From assembly GCF_030684315.1 (NCBI RefSeq), contig NC_081355.1:25259316-25323315 (forward strand): a stretch of DNA of 64,000 bases, given 5' to 3'. Below the pieces are notes generated by a model. The model had not been told where the DNA came from. It saw only the letters and a list, made by a program, of their open reading frames with translations, and made no database searches. Made by a program: the position numbers and the translations under genes. The DNA is from Stegostoma tigrinum (lineage: Eukaryota). Positions 13,150 through 26,400 of this stretch are shown in pieces (positions within the stretch are counted from its first letter, which is position 1; each line of letters opens with the position of its first letter).

Positions 13150-15050
13150 TTAATTACATTACGAGTAGATGGCATGTTTTGGACGCGGCTGAGCGAACCA
13201 GTTTCTTCCCCCTCCACTCGAGAACCAGCGTTTGAAGATTTCTCATTGGATTAATCAGACCTGACTTTTCCCTTTATTATTTCTGCTCGATCCACACGCT
13301 GGTAGACAAGATCGATAACAACCTCCCATCGAGAGAGGGGGTGGGGGCAGGAACGCATAGAGGGAAAAAAAACCCACAGGTTTTCTAACTCTCGACGCAC
13401 AGTAATGCTCTAAGCAGCAAAATCGCATTCATTCATATTCTAATAACTATGTTAACGCCGGAGCGCCCTTGATAACGTCGCGCCCAAATGATGGCGAACT
13501 TAAAAAAAACAGCATCAGCATCTTAAAATGCTAGAATTCTGAATTCTTGATTAGAAAGAAACAGGAACTGCGAACTTGCCTGAAGGCTTAATAAAATAAA
13601 TGGGGTTAAGTTAATATTTTGTGTTGTAATCTTTTTGTCCAAGCATAAAATTGAAGCCATCACGGTAAAATGATATCCGGTAAATACAGCCCGATACTTT
13701 TTTTCCTCCCTCTCCAATGTTATACAGTAGTTTTTTTTCATACAATATACATGAAATACAATGTAATGTCTCCATCCCACCTCAGACAGGGCTCCTGTTC
13801 CCGTCTTCCGCCGGTCGCGCACACACTGATGCAAGACGTCAGCAGCATTTAAGAAGCCGCATGATTAAAAAAAAGTATGATGTACTCTCTTCCTTTGATT
13901 AAATAAAAACGATCTTAAAACATAAACACACCGAAGAACTGTCCGGATCTGAGGCAATTACAGCAGCCCCATTCGACAATGGAGGGACGAGGCTGGAGGA
14001 CAGTCAGAACAGAGCCATTAAATATTCAAAATATCACATTTCCATTAGCGTTGTCGTTCAGTGGCAAAGCTAATTTTAATTTCTGGCTGTTTGTGTGCGC
14101 AAAAAGAGAGCGTGAATTGTACTGCCAGACCCCGTTTAAATTTTAGATCGAAACATCATGCCCTCTCTCCCTCTCATCCCCCTCTCCCAAATACAAGGAG
14201 GATCACTTCTGTTTCAATCTCTTCCTAAACCCTACAAAAAAAATTCTAATGACAAGAAACCAGCAGAGAGAGATTTACCGTCTTTGTGTGTGTGTGTGTG
14301 GCCGTCTTGTTTAACTCTGACGATTTAAACAAAAACAACCCCAAACTGGATGCTTGACGAGAAAGAGGAAGGCAAGAAAAGATGTCGTTTCATTTGGACT
14401 TACCGAGTCCGCGTGCCTCCAGGTAACGCCGGGGTGGACTGAGGTGGAGGAGTGGTGGAAGGAAAAAATAAAGTGTGCTTTTTTTGTTGAAAATAAAATA
14501 ATAAAAGAAACACAAAAAAAATCCTAGAGAGGGTGCACACGAATCATCCTATCAGGGCAGAGCTGAGAGGGAGGCACGAGCTGTAGCAACATCAGCAGCA
14601 TCCGGCAAACCAGTGTTAAGAAGCTCCCACTCTCAAGTGGTAACAGTGTAGTGGAGCTAGCCCAGACGCTGCTAGAAACTCCCCCACCTCCTCCCTCCGT
14701 CTCTCGCGCTACCTCCAGACTCCAACAAGAGAAGCGGGAGAATTTCTCTCCGTCTCTGCGCAAACGCGATACCTCCCTCCTTCCCGCCCTGTCTCCATAT
14801 GGATCGCCCAATCTGAGTAGCAGGCAGCGGCGGCAAGGCCCGTCTCGCCCCCAATCTTGAGTCCAACAGCCTGCTCAAGGACCGACTGGTGGTCAGTGGA
14901 CAGTTAGAGTTCAAGCGCTTCTTCCAGCAGCTCACCCCCCCCCCCCGCCCCATTAGGCTCTGAGGAAGGGTCGCTAGACCGGAAACGTTAACTCAGATTT
15001 GTCTCCACACATGGTGCCAGACTGCTAAGCTTGTCGATAATAATTTAATT
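13150..15050 (-). promoter_or_regulatory. CpG-rich promoter region of an unidentified host gene
   Basis: Only long non-repeat CpG-rich stretch in the window. GC boxes (CCCGCCC at about 14783 and 14944), CCAAT motifs (about 14808, 14852) and an ETS-like ACCGGAAA (about 14978). Confidence 0.7.
14404..14800 (-). other. Probable non-coding first exon (5' end approximate)
   Basis: Consensus donor on the minus strand, CTCG|GTAAGT (plus strand ACTTAC at 14398-14403), directly downstream of the promoter motifs. No recognisable coding frame. Confidence 0.55.
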
Positions 15051-15360
15051 GTTCCCCTCTCCTTCGGTCTTTGCTTCTGCGACTTTCTTGCTTATTGAAG
15101 GGGAGTTCTGCCAAACTACTTATTCCCCACCCCAACCCCCAGCAAGATTTGAATGATTTTGTTTGAATGTGTCTGACTGCATCCTGTTGCACTTTTGTAT
15201 CATGGTTGTGGAAAGATCTGAACGCCCCAAGACTTTCCTGGGTTAGAGGGAAAGGGGGAGTTGGGGTTTGGGAATTAAAGCAGGGGTCAAGATTGACAAC
15301 TGAAAGCCGAGGCAAAGTGTGTGGCTTTCAAGCAGTTTGGATGAGAAAATGGTATTAAGA

Positions 15361-15395
15361 CGGGGGCGGGGGGGGGGGGGGGGGGGGTTGGGGGG
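15361..15395 (+). repeat. Poly-G tract (G-quadruplex-prone)
   Basis: Long G runs seen directly; a poly-C run lies at about 14935-14946. Confidence 0.8.
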
Positions 15396-15458
15396 CTTTG
15401 CAGAAAAACCGGGTAGACTTTTGAAATTGCAGAGGTAGTGCCCCTACTGCTGAACCAG

Positions 15459-15581
15459 GAGGGTCTAGGCCCGAAACGTCAGCTTTTGTGCTCCTGAGAT
15501 GCTGCTTGGCCTGCTGTGTTCATCCAGCCTCACATTTTATTATCTTGGAATTCTCCAGCATCTGCAGTTCCCATTATCTCT
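15459..15581 (+). mobile_element. PLE terminal repeat, solo, 5'-truncated within the hammerhead
   Basis: Nearly identical to 40917-41000 plus the tail; lacks the CTGATGA box; appears to interrupt a short SINE-like repeat. Confidence 0.85.
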
Positions 15582-16094
15582 GGTCCAAGTTCCAACTGCT
15601 TCAGAGGTGTGCAATAATACCATTGAGCAGGCAGTTTAGAGGTTCACTGCAGGATTGGAGGGCAAATGGCCTGTTTCTGTGCTTTATTGTTCTTCGTTCT
15701 TTTGTATGAAATTAAAAAAAAGCACTGGCATATTCAAATAAAATAATTGCCGATGGTATGTTGAAAATGGAACCAAATTTGCTGGACATGCAAGTGTGTT
15801 AATACTCTTCGTTAACAGCTCATCTTTTAGCACACTTTCACCCCTCACCATGCTCCCACCCCCACCAAGAATTAATACTATTTTCCTAATCACCATAGTA
15901 AATAGAAAAAATGTAACTAGAGTTCAGGTGGAGTAGCTTCTGTAATTCAGCTGTAGAACTAGCAATCCAATACTCATTAGAAAATTCAAAATCAGTTTCA
16001 CGCAAAAAGAGTTTTCACACTAGTCAATGAAGTTAAAATTGACACATTTAAATTACTTCATAAGTGTCTAATTTTAGTTCTGTTACCAAATTGG

Positions 16095-16500
16095 GAAAAT
16101 AGGAACCGCTTCAGCCCCTTGGATCTGTTCCACCATTCACTAAGATTATGATTCAATGTATCCTAACTCTATCCATCCATTGCGGTTCCATGTATCGTAA
16201 TGACCCTTAGCTGCCAGTAATCTATCAATGGCAGAGTTCAAATTATTATTAAACAAGTTTGTATTTCTGTGTAAGACAGTTTCAAAGTCTACCATCATTT
16301 GCATGAAGAACCATTTCCTACCTTTTCTGAATCGCCTGGCTCTACTTTTAAGGTTATGCCCATTTGCCCTAGACTCTGTAACTATTGAATTTTTTTTCTC
16401 TACCTACCTTGTCAATTTCTTGCATAAGCCAAAAAAACTTGATCAAGTGAACCTTCAGCCTTTACAGCCAAAAAAATACAAGCAGTCTTCTCATCATTTT
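16095..16500 (-). mobile_element. CR1 3' fragment (old)
   Basis: ATAGGAACCGCTTCAGCCCCTTGGATCTGTTCCACCATTCA...; related to 22530-22800 and 49085-49720. Confidence 0.6.
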
Positions 16501-16836
16501 GCCCTTGGAGCATGGGTAACATTCTGTCATAGAATCTATTATCAAGAACATGATGGAAGGACACATTTAAAACCCAATATAATTGGGCAGAGTCAACAGG
16601 TGTCCGTGAGGGAAATCATGTTTGAGGGTAACAAGCAGTGTCTGATAATGTAACCTATTTGGATTTTCAGAACAGTGTTGAAAAAGTGCTACACAGGACA
16701 TTGGTACACACGATTTGGATTTATGGGAAGAGGATTATTTATTATTATTATCCTGATCAACAAACAGAAAACATTGTATTGGAATAAGGCAGAATGTTAG
16801 GGACTAAATTGTGAATTGTGACAAGGATCAGTATTA

Positions 16837-16930
16837 GAGATAACAAGGTGTAGAGCTGGATGAACACAGCAGGCCATGCAACATCATAGGAGCAGGAGAG
16901 CTGATGTTTCGGGCCTAGACCTTTCTTCAG
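16837..16930 (-). mobile_element. PLE terminal repeat, solo, tail-less
   Basis: Reverse complement reads CTGAAGAAAGGTCTAGGCCCGAAACATCAGC...TTGTTATCTC. Confidence 0.8.
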
Positions 16931-17235
16931 TACTTGGGTCTCAGCTACTGAGAGCACATCTTGACTTGGAGAAAGGAGACAGGTGTAATATGTTTAAATT
17001 TACTGGTGATGCAAAGCTAGATGGAAACATCGTGAGATATAAAGAGGATTAAACAATGAAGAAGGGGACAGATAAGGAACCATTTATGGAAATGTTTCAT
17101 GATCCAATTTGATGGATAGATTTAAAACCAGATTATTTTTATAAAATGAGAAAATCTTGGTGTTGTGAGGATCCTTTTTCTAAGCTCTCACAAAGATACC
17201 ACTCATGTATAGCAAGTAGTTAGAATGGAAATGCG

Positions 17236-17530
17236 AGTGGCTCAGTGGTTAGCACTGCTGCCTCACAGCATCAGGGATTGGGGTCCAATTCCACCTTTGG
17301 ATGACTGTCAGTAGGGATTTTGTGCTTTCTTCCCATTTGTGTGTGAATTCCCTCTGGGTCCTCTGGTTTCTTCCCACAGTCCAAAGGCGTACAGGTTGGT
17401 TGGATTGGTGATGGGAAATGCAGGGTTATAGGGGATGGTGTGGGGCAATGGGTCCAGAAGGAATGCTCTTCAGAGGTTGGTGTGGACTTAATTGGCAGAA
17501 GGTCCTACTTCCACACAGCAGGAATTCTAT
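17236..17530 (+). mobile_element. HE1-like V-SINE (tRNA-derived)
   Basis: A box GTGGCTCAGTGGTTAGCACTGCTGCCTCACAGC, V-domain CTGGTTTCTTCCCACAGTCCAAAG and a CR1-like tail. Confidence 0.85.
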
Positions 17531-18410
17531 AATTGAAATGGTAAGTTAGCCTTGATTATAAGGGAGTTTAAATATCATCGTAAGAAAGCATTACTGAAAT
17601 AAAATGACTTTGGAGAGAACCGGAATATTATATGATTTTGTCTCCTTCCCAAAGAAGAATGTACTGCCTTGGAAGAAGTGCCACTAAAGTTTATTGGATT
17701 ATTACTTGGAAAAAGAGGATGAGCCCATGATAGAAAATTGATAGCTTGATCTTTAGATAAGAAGACTTTTAATCTTCTGCATTCGGAAGAAAAGGGGATG
17801 ATCTGTTTGAAATCCATAAAATTCTAAAGAGGACTTAATATAGTAAATGCTGAGAGGCTGACTGCCCTGTACTGAAAGTCTTAGGATAACTCATTTAGAA
17901 CTGAGGTGAGAAGAAATTTCTTCACTCAAAATGTTGTGAATCATTGAAATTATCTATACAAGAAAACTGTAAATGTTTGCTCATATTTCTTATGTTTTGA
18001 ATTTGTCCTGAATTTGTTGAAAAGGGCAATTATGCTCATTCTAAGACACAGTGCTCAGAACTACATTGCACTCCAGATGAAATGTCACCAGGGTTTTATG
18101 TTGCTGTAGCAAAACGTTACATTCTAGCTGCTGGTTATAAAGCATAATATTTCATTAGCTGTTTAGATTTTTTTTGTGACTGATGACTATAGTTTAGCGA
18201 TCTTTGTATGAGGTTCACTAAATCTCATCCAAATTTTTGTTAACAATGGTATTTTATATTCTAAATGGCATAATTGGGGGTTTTGATGCCCTTTTGTATC
18301 TGCATGTTGCCCCTTGATTATATCATACAAAAATGCATTGTAAGGTTCCATGTGCACACTAATTGTACCTTCCTTGACCCATTTGTGGTGTCTAAATTAT
18401 TGATCTGAGA

Positions 18411-18510
18411 TCTGACAAAGAGTTTCTGGACTTGAAATGTTAACTCTGCTTTCTTCCCAAACATACTGCCAAGCCTGCTGAGTTTTGCCAGCAATTTCTG
18501 TTTTTGTTGT
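18411..18510 (+). repeat. Older PLE terminal repeat remnant with decayed hammerhead
   Basis: CTGACAAAGAGTTTCTGGACTTGAAATGTT (CpG-decayed core) followed by CTGCTGAGTTTTGCCAGCAATTTCTG. A similar relic lies at about 34740-34790. Confidence 0.55.
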
Positions 18511-18554
18511 TGGTCTGTTCACGTGACAAAACATTTTTTCTCACAAAATTCTAA

Positions 18555-19310
18555 GAAGCCCAAAGCCATTGTCTTCAGTCACAGCTGCAAGTTCTATTTC
18601 CAAGCAATCTACCTTAATGGTAACTCTAAACCAAGCTGCTTGCAACTTTAGTGTTACATTGACCTCAAGAGGACTTTATGATCATGTATTCAAGCTTTCA
18701 TAACCATCTATTTCACCTTTGTAACATTGCCCAGCACTGCCTCTGTCTTAGCCCATATGCTACGGAAACCCTGATTCATTACTTCTCGATTTCACAACTT
18801 CAATGCAAGCATATCTGGTCTCCCGTATTCTACCTTTTGTAGCCTTGAGTTCACCCAAAGTGCTGCTGCTCGTGTCCTAACTATCAACAAGTCCCATTAT
18901 TTCTTTGCTTCCTGACTAGCTCCCAGTTTAGCCACCCCGTGATTTTAAAACCCTTATCCTTGTTTTCAAAATCCTTCTTCACCACCTTCTCATTACCTTT
19001 CTCATTTCTAAAATCCTACAATCCTCTGAAATACCTTTGCTTCTCCAATTCTGTCCTCTTGAGTATTATAGATTTTAATTATGACATCATTGGTGTTCAT
19101 TCCTTCAGTTGCCCTAGCCTTTAAATTCCTACATCTAAACCTCTCAGGGTCTCTTCCTCTCCAAGATATTCTGTAAAATAAGGACTTTGACTCAATGTCT
19201 GATCATCTTCCTTCCCAGTTGTTTTGGTGTCAAGTTTTGTTTGATTAGTCACCTATCCAAAGCCTTTGAACATTTCACTGCATTAAGTAAGCCATATAAA
19301 TGTAAGTTGT
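18555..19310 (+). mobile_element. L2 LINE 3' fragment
   Basis: Remnants NFSVTFD, YFHLCNIA, ETLIH and QSAAARVL; L2-type end ATATAAATGTAAGTTGTT. Confidence 0.75.
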
Positions 19311-19344
19311 TAGATATCTAAAAAAAAGAGCGCTTGGATGGAAC

Positions 19345-19850
19345 ATGGGGCAGAATTTCCCCATTTGCTATTAATGTTTTATCAAGTGAGATTCATAGCT
19401 TCCAATCTACCACGGCTTAGAGCAAATTTTTCATGCAATCTCCTGTTCTTCACCTCATTCATTGTACAACTGGGTTCACAGCTGGCTTTTTTACAGAATT
19501 GTGCACCCATAGAAGTGTAAGCACTTGCCATCATCAGGACCTTCTGGATTTTATGCCGATGGTTCCATTTTTAAAGGCGAGCTGCATATCACTTAAAACA
19601 CTGCAAGCTAGGAACTAGCTGTTATAATATGGTACTCAACTTTTATTACCTAGTACATGACTGGAGAAAGGAAAACCTTACTGTCCACTTTGCAAACAGG
19701 GACTTTGTGTTGGTAAGTGGAGTGGTTGAGAGGAGAACTAGTCCTTTTGCTGCAGACCACAATAGAGGCCAAGCCATTTTGTTCCTCCCAGACTATTCAC
19801 CTTTTCTGCCTTTTGCAATTTCTACACACGTCAATACTTTTCCAGCTTGT
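19345..19850 (+). mobile_element. Possible Harbinger-derived element with Myb/SANT-like remnant
   Basis: HFANRDFVLVSGVVERR resembles the N-terminus of the Myb-like remnants at 46.6-47.0 kb and 57.6 kb. GGGGCAGAATTTCCC is a possible terminus. Confidence 0.35.
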
Positions 19851-22529
19851 GCATGACCACCATCTGCCCGCCCATACACCTGTCTCACTCAACCCCTTCC
19901 CTTGTTTACTGCTGGAAAATTGTCCTACTCCATGGACTAATGTCTCCACAGGAGCCCAACTGACACACCCACAATCTCTGAAAGATTGCACGTGATCTGC
20001 TGCACTTGACATCCCTAAACTGGAATAGGACTAGCTTCTGGACTGACTGTGGTGGTACCCCTGACTATCTGTAGTCACCCTTTAGCCATTAAGGACTATT
20101 CTCTTTTAACTTGCACACATGCTAATGCTAGAAACACATACAATGTGTTTCCTATGGAAACTGTTGTCAAATGCTGTAGGTGTGAGGTGATGTAGCATAC
20201 TACAACATAGCAAATGTCTACCCTGTTGACTGTTCAGTGCTCTCCACTGTGACAAACTGCTCGCCTTTCCCAATGCAAACCACAGAGGCTGGCAGCCTCC
20301 AACGAAGCACTAAGGACCTTGTGCACTAAGAAAGCTGTGTGACCCACTCAAACGTTGGTAGCCTATAAATCAGTGCTGAAGTCAGCAAGTGTGTGCTAGA
20401 AAACAAATTATAAGTAGAGAGAGAAGTTAATAGCCTTCAAATTAAAGCAAAGTGTCAGAGAGCTAAGAAATCAATGTATGGTCTTTAGAGGTAACCTGTG
20501 TAGGTGCATGAGATTCTGTATGTCCCTGCATACAAAATGACTTGGCAGAAGCATGCAATCATAGCTGTCCTGAGTTCAAAGTAAAATGTTGGAAGAGTTG
20601 AAGCAGTATGTGTGTTATTCGAGAAGGAGGCATGCTGTTTTGGTGAGGCTGGAGGTTTGCTGTTGTTGATGTGATGAAGGGTTGAAGACAATGGTAGCAG
20701 TAGAACCTCCAGGGATGCTGTTGTGAAGAAGCATTTGCGTTTTGGTTGGGACAGAAGTGTTCGGTGAGCTGCAGCCCTGCTGTAAACTACATGTTGTAAA
20801 TTTGCACAGTCTAGTTTTTTTAGGGAAGGAAAAGAAACTTGAAAGAAGCATAGAAATAAGATGATTTGGCACATAAATGAGATGCACAGTCTTGAGAATA
20901 AAGTAGTTGGTGCTCAATGGTGAGATTCTGAAGTTGCCATTTAAGATTTGAGAGAAAAATCAGAGATCTTTCTTGACATTGAGATTCCAATTCTTAAAAT
21001 CAAAATCACTGTATTTTCTCATCAAAGCTCAGTTCACATTAGGAAAGCAAATTCCATCCGTGGCCCTGATAGTTGGCTTACTATCATGAAAATGCAATAT
21101 TATTTGATTGATTGGTACTGTTTTCCTTTGGGTGGGTTGAGCAAGAGTGAGAATTACTTGTCCAGACAAAGGAAAGTTATTTTTTTGTGTTCCATTTAGT
21201 GCTGATGTTTCTCTTACTCACTAAAAAGATCCAAAAAAAATTAAAAATAGGGCCTGAGAGAGGTCACAATGTTTTAATGGCATTTCCCAAACTAATGATT
21301 CCTACCACCCAGAAAGAAAAGGGTATGAGAGTATAATTACTCCCAAATTATTTTCCAAATCACATTCTGATGCAACTTATCTCTTCATCATTTTGTCAAA
21401 ATCCTGGAACACCTTATGAAATGGCATTGTGGGAGTGCTGTCACCACATGGGTCACAAATTTTCAAAGAAAAAGGTCACTGCCATCTTTAGGGCAATTGG
21501 GTGTAGATAGCAAATGGACAGTAAAAGTTAGGCTTGCTTATAATCCTCCAATCAGAGAATGAACTTTAAAAGTCCTGAATTTGCGCTCGTACCTGCACAA
21601 GAAGTTGTGAAGTTTAGTACTGTATTTACAGAGGCCAGGACTTTGCACCATGAACAAGAATTCCAAACGTTATTCCTCCTGTCTTGGGTATCTGAGATAT
21701 GAAGAGGTAGGGTTGCAAAAAGGGGCTTCAATAAAAGTCAGCAGAAATTCTCAAAAGTAGGAAGGGCGAGGGAATTTGCAGATCCTCAAAAAAATTCACG
21801 TTAACAAAAGAAGTTAAAATCTGCTTGGAAAAGTACTTTGAAAGTCAAAACATTTACAACGAATTGAAACAAAACTATTTTCACTCAGAGGTCAGTGGAC
21901 ATAAGGTCTTTTATATTTCCTAGCTAGTGAAGGCCTCTGATGTATATAGGATAAAGAGACCCATAGATATTCTTTCTAGAGAAGGAAAGGAGTGTTAAAA
22001 AATCAAAAGATACAGGTGAGATCAATTAATGAGAAATAAGGTGCTCATTATAAATTGGTCTTCCCTTTAATTTTTAAAATTTCCAATATGGATTTGAAAC
22101 TATAGGTCCTGCAAATATTAGCACCACCATGTGGCCTGTCTTGGATTGTTCAAACAAATATAATTATGTAAAGTGAAACTTTATAGTTTTTTTTCCTTTG
22201 GATCGGTAACCTAGATCTCAGCAAAATTGACATTAAAATTTGTGTTCACCCATCTTGCTACTACCCAGAACTTGAGGCTAGCAATGATCACTGTTATTTC
22301 TGTGCGCACTGGATAGTAAGAGCCAGTGATTGCACATGCAGTTAAACATGGAAATCCTGATGTTGCTTTCTGTGATGCTCAGCTTTCCCAATGCTGTGCA
22401 ACAACTGCAAATCACTTACTGTCCAAATATGTTGAACACCATGAAGTTCCTATGCTAACCTCGCAAATAAACTCATTTTAAAAAGTTAGAGCTTATCCGT
22501 TCTAAGTGTCCTTTTAGACTAAAAGGCTA

Positions 22530-22800
22530 TTAGACAGAGGAGCAGAAGTAGGCCATTCAGCCCATTGTGCCTTTTCCATCATTTAATGAGATCATAGCTG
22601 ATCTGATAACCCTCAACTCCACTTTCCTTCCTTTTTCCCTTGATTCCCTTGCTGATTAAAAATCTGTCTGTTTCAGCCTTGAAGTTACTTAAATGGCTCT
22701 GCCTCCACAGCCCTCTGCAGTAAAGAGTTCCACAGATTCACTACCCTCTGAGAAAGGAAATTCATGCTCAATTGTCTTAAAGGTGCAACTATTATTCTAA
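22530..22800 (-). mobile_element. CR1 3' fragment
   Basis: GGAGCAGAAGTAGGCCATTCAGCCCA...GAGTTCCACAGATTCACTACCCTCTGAGA is the reverse of QRVVNLWNSL. Confidence 0.8.
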
Positions 22801-23520
22801 GATTATTTTAGCAGTTTGCTAAATTTCAGTCATTGTCAGATGACCTTTCTATCACTGAAAATTAATTTTACAAATGTGGAGTCACATTCCTTCAACTTCT
22901 AATGGTTGAAACTTGTACTTATTTCATATTTTTTTACTTCTTAATCAAACTTCTGTTTCACATTCTCAGTTTGAAATGCGACTTTGAATTTAAATTGGAT
23001 CAAACTCTACAATACTAACTCATGATTATTCAGTTTGAGTGGTGAAGGAGATGCATAGTTCATTCAGGCCCCTGATTCACTGGATGGTTGTCTGAAATCA
23101 AATTGTACCGCAGACGCCCATAAGGGACTTGTAGGCAAATACAAGTCTAATAAGGCACTACCATTGTCCATTCACCACTTGGAACAATATCCAGCCCAAA
23201 ATTCACTCAGATCTACAAGTGTAGAGGGAATAACTGCCAGATATCTGCTATTTTAGAGTGCTGAATGGGAAGGGTCGCTCTATACTTAGGTCATCCCCCT
23301 GGCAACATACACATGTAGTGAATAAATATATTTTCAGTGGTTTCCGTATTTTCTGGCTGTGATGACTGTGAAGTGTAAATAATGCAGGAATTGCACGTCT
23401 CTATGGCTACAGAAAAAGATGATTTTTCCATGTGGATTTAGAGAGATGGTTGAGCATGGGTATGGTGCTTTGGTAACAGGTCAACAAGCTAGCTATATTG
23501 AAAAGTAGGTCAGAAGAGTG

Positions 23521-23688
23521 AGACAACAAGGTGTAGAGCTGGATGAACACAGCAGGCCAAGCAGCATCAGAGGAGCAGGATAGCTGACATTTTGGGTCTA
23601 GAAGGGTGTAGACCCAAAATGACAGATTTCCTGCTCCTCCGATGCTTCTTGGCCTGCTGTGTTCATCCATCTCTACACCTTGTTATCT
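23521..23688. mobile_element. Non-autonomous PLE fold-back element
   Basis: Two inverted terminal-repeat arms; TSD TAGGTCAGAAGAGTG at 23506-23520 and 23689-23703. Confidence 0.9.
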
Positions 23689-24017
23689 TAGGTCAGAAGA
23701 GTGACATTTTGTGGAGGAAAGATCAGGCAGGAGGTGGTTGAAACTGTCACAAACAGCAACAATGGTGCTCAAGTCAAACATGCATGCAATGTCCAAAAGA
23801 GTTGTATGAGTTGACTATGAGGAAGAAAGCGTGACCATTTCATATTGAATTAAAAATGTTTGTGTGCCTTATGCCAACTACTTACTGTTTCCTCTCACTT
23901 AATTTGACTCGCCAATGATATTTGTCCTGGGCAGGTCTGAAATCAAGTCTTGCACAAGATCCTTAAGCCACATGCAGTGCACAAAAGTAGGAGAGATAGT
24001 GCCATTGTGTACGTCAA

Positions 24018-24295
24018 AGAACAAAGAAAGTTACAGCACAGGAACAGGCCCTTCGGACCTCCAAGCCTGCGCCGATCCAGATCCTCTATCTAAACCTGTT
24101 GCCTATTTTCCAAGGATCTGTATCCCTCTGCTCCCTGCCCATTCATGTATCTGTTTAGATACATCTTAAATGACGCTATCATGCCCACCTCTACCATCTT
24201 TGCTGGCAACGCGTCCCAGGCTCCCACCAACCTCCATGTAAAGAACTTTCCACACATATCTCCCTTCCACTTTCGCCTTGAAACCGTGACCCCTA
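24018..24295 (-). mobile_element. CR1 3' fragment
   Basis: Minus-strand ORF GKFFTWRLVGAWDALP; tail AAGAACAAAGAA. Confidence 0.8.
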
Positions 24296-24355
24296 GTAAC
24301 GTCATGGAAGTTATCTTTGAAATACATACGTTTGCCCATGTAAGCTGAAACTAGT

Positions 24356-24494
24356 TGACGTTTCGGGCCTAGACCCTTTCTAGGCCCAAAACATCAGCTT
24401 TTGTGCTCCCAAGATGATGCTCGGCCTGCTGTGTTCATCCAGCTCCACACTTTGTGATCTCGGATTCTCCAGCATCTGCAGTTCCCATTATCTC
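24356..24494. mobile_element. Non-autonomous PLE fold-back element (short left arm)
   Basis: Inverted hammerhead halves followed by a full arm with tail; TSD TAAGCTGAAA(C/G)TAGT at 24341-24355 and 24495-24509. Confidence 0.85.
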
Positions 24495-26149
24495 TAAGCT
24501 GAAAGTAGTGTTCGGATTCATTCATGTAATGTTCATTTATGTAATGAAATGACAAAATAAGAGGATATCCGGACCTCTTCCAGCAGCCAACAAAGCTCTA
24601 AGATGACTTCCCTGCTAACCATACCTTCCAGAGCCATTGTTTTATGTTCAAAACTGTCTTTTGGACTCTCTGAACATAATAGGTGGGTACCATTTCTTTG
24701 TTAGGACAGTTAGCAACTGGGAAAGGAAATCTTGATGCAAACTTGAGAAACACATTTGGACAGTTGTGCTTCTGACAATTGCAGTTAGGAGGGACTTGTC
24801 AGATGAGGACAGGGATTTTTGGTTAGTCCATTTGAAACAAAGATGTTTGTTTTGTATCTGCCCTTTGGTGAGTATTGATCAAGTATTAGCAGCCTGTGAA
24901 TGGGGCCTAAAACTGGAACTTCTGGCTTAGAGGTACGGACACAACCCATTGAGCCACTAGACATCCATTGAAGGAGAGGTTACTCTAATTTCTACTCATG
25001 ATTGTGGGTTTTTAAATTTTTCATAGGGTTTTATAACCATGAAAAACTTCCATGCCAAGTAAATGCCAGTAATACCCAGTAAAATCTGAAGCAGTGTAAC
25101 CAGTTAGCAATTTGCAGTCCATTGTCATCCTAGTTGATTGAGATTAGGTTGGAAATTTACCATCAGTCTATAGCTATCAGAAATTCATCTTAATTGGCAG
25201 AACATTCAGCAGACATGAAAAGTTATCACTTTATGTCCTCTGTTTCCAGACAATTGATCCACGAGTTGTTTTTCCCCTTTCTCCTTTACTTTGAAAAACA
25301 TAATTTTTGCAGAGATTTGTCTTTTTTGTCTGTGTGTAAGCAAGTGTAATATTAGGGGGTGTCGTTTTAATTACAGATCACTTTTTAAGAGATACCCAGC
25401 ATTTTTCATTTACTTTAAGAGTAAGTTTTGTAATGAATGGATTATTTTGATTTTATCAAAGAATCCTAATAGACAGTTATTTTTGATTGTGGCACTAAAG
25501 TGAAGCAATAGGCTATTTTGGCAGTTGAATCAACAAATGCTGATAATATTGCTGGTGGAGCAATAGATCTTGATTGTAAGATATAGAAGTAGATTTAGGC
25601 CATTTGGTCGATCAAGCTTTCTCCATTATTCGATATGTTTCTCAATCCCATTCTCCTGTCTGCTACCCATAACCTTTGATCCCCTTATTAATTATCAGCG
25701 CATTGCTCCCTTCTGAATCATGACAAATGTTATTCCTTCATGTCATTAGAAATTTCTGGGTTTTCAATATAATTCACTCTTAAGATGTGCCGTGTTATTT
25801 TACATTACCGAGTTAACAAATGCCATACCACAGCATTCATCAAGTACAAGTTAGAATACAACTCCAGTTGGAGAAGCATACCCAATTATTTTCCAACTAG
25901 CTAGCATTTGTATACAAGGTGTCTTTGAGATATTTTTGTACCCACTTGGTCAGAAATGTTATTATACTGGAACAGGTGGGACTTGAACCTGGGCCCCCTG
26001 GTTCAGAGTTAGAAACATCACCCAAGCACCATGACAGCTCTTCAAGGTGGCTTTGACTATTGTTTCTCCATAGCAGGCAAATTTTAGGAAACTATATCGA
26101 ACAAACACTGTAGAAACCTGGTGATCTTTGAGAGTAATGTAACAAGTAG

Positions 26150-26400
26150 AATTAATTTGCTTTCATCTAGCATCTTTCACAATCTCAAGACATTTCAAAG
26201 TGCTTCACAGCCAATGAAGTACCTTTGAAGTGTAGCCAATGCTATAATATAGGAATTGTGGCAGCCAATTTATTCATATTGAGATACTGAGTCAAGTATT
26301 AATGAGGCAAATCACCAGATAATCTATTTTGTGATGCTGATGAAGGGCTAAACAGTGATCACAATACTGGGGAGAGTCCCTCTGAGTCAAGAATGCCACA
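26150..26400 (-). mobile_element. DeuSINE (SacSINE1/AmnSINE1-like) fragment
   Basis: CAAAGTGCTTCACAGCCAATGAAGTAC..TGAAGTGTAG...GGCAGCCAATTT...CCAGATAATCT matches the recalled consensus. Confidence 0.7.

Larger units (their letters stand above)
16510..17960 (+). mobile_element. Decayed CR1 ORF2 with nested PLE repeat and SINE
   Basis: Collinear remnants YLDFQNSVEKVLH, QGSVLG and KFTGDAKL; ends with FFTQNVVNH. Confidence 0.65.

Noticed and set aside
14524-14953. Overlapping 69-95 aa ORFs in the GC-rich promoter
   Set aside because: Low-complexity translations with no recognisable domain; expected in GC-rich DNA.
17236-17310. tRNA-like A/B boxes (also 32051 and 54001)
   Set aside because: Heads of tRNA-derived SINEs that continue into SINE bodies; no complete cloverleaf.
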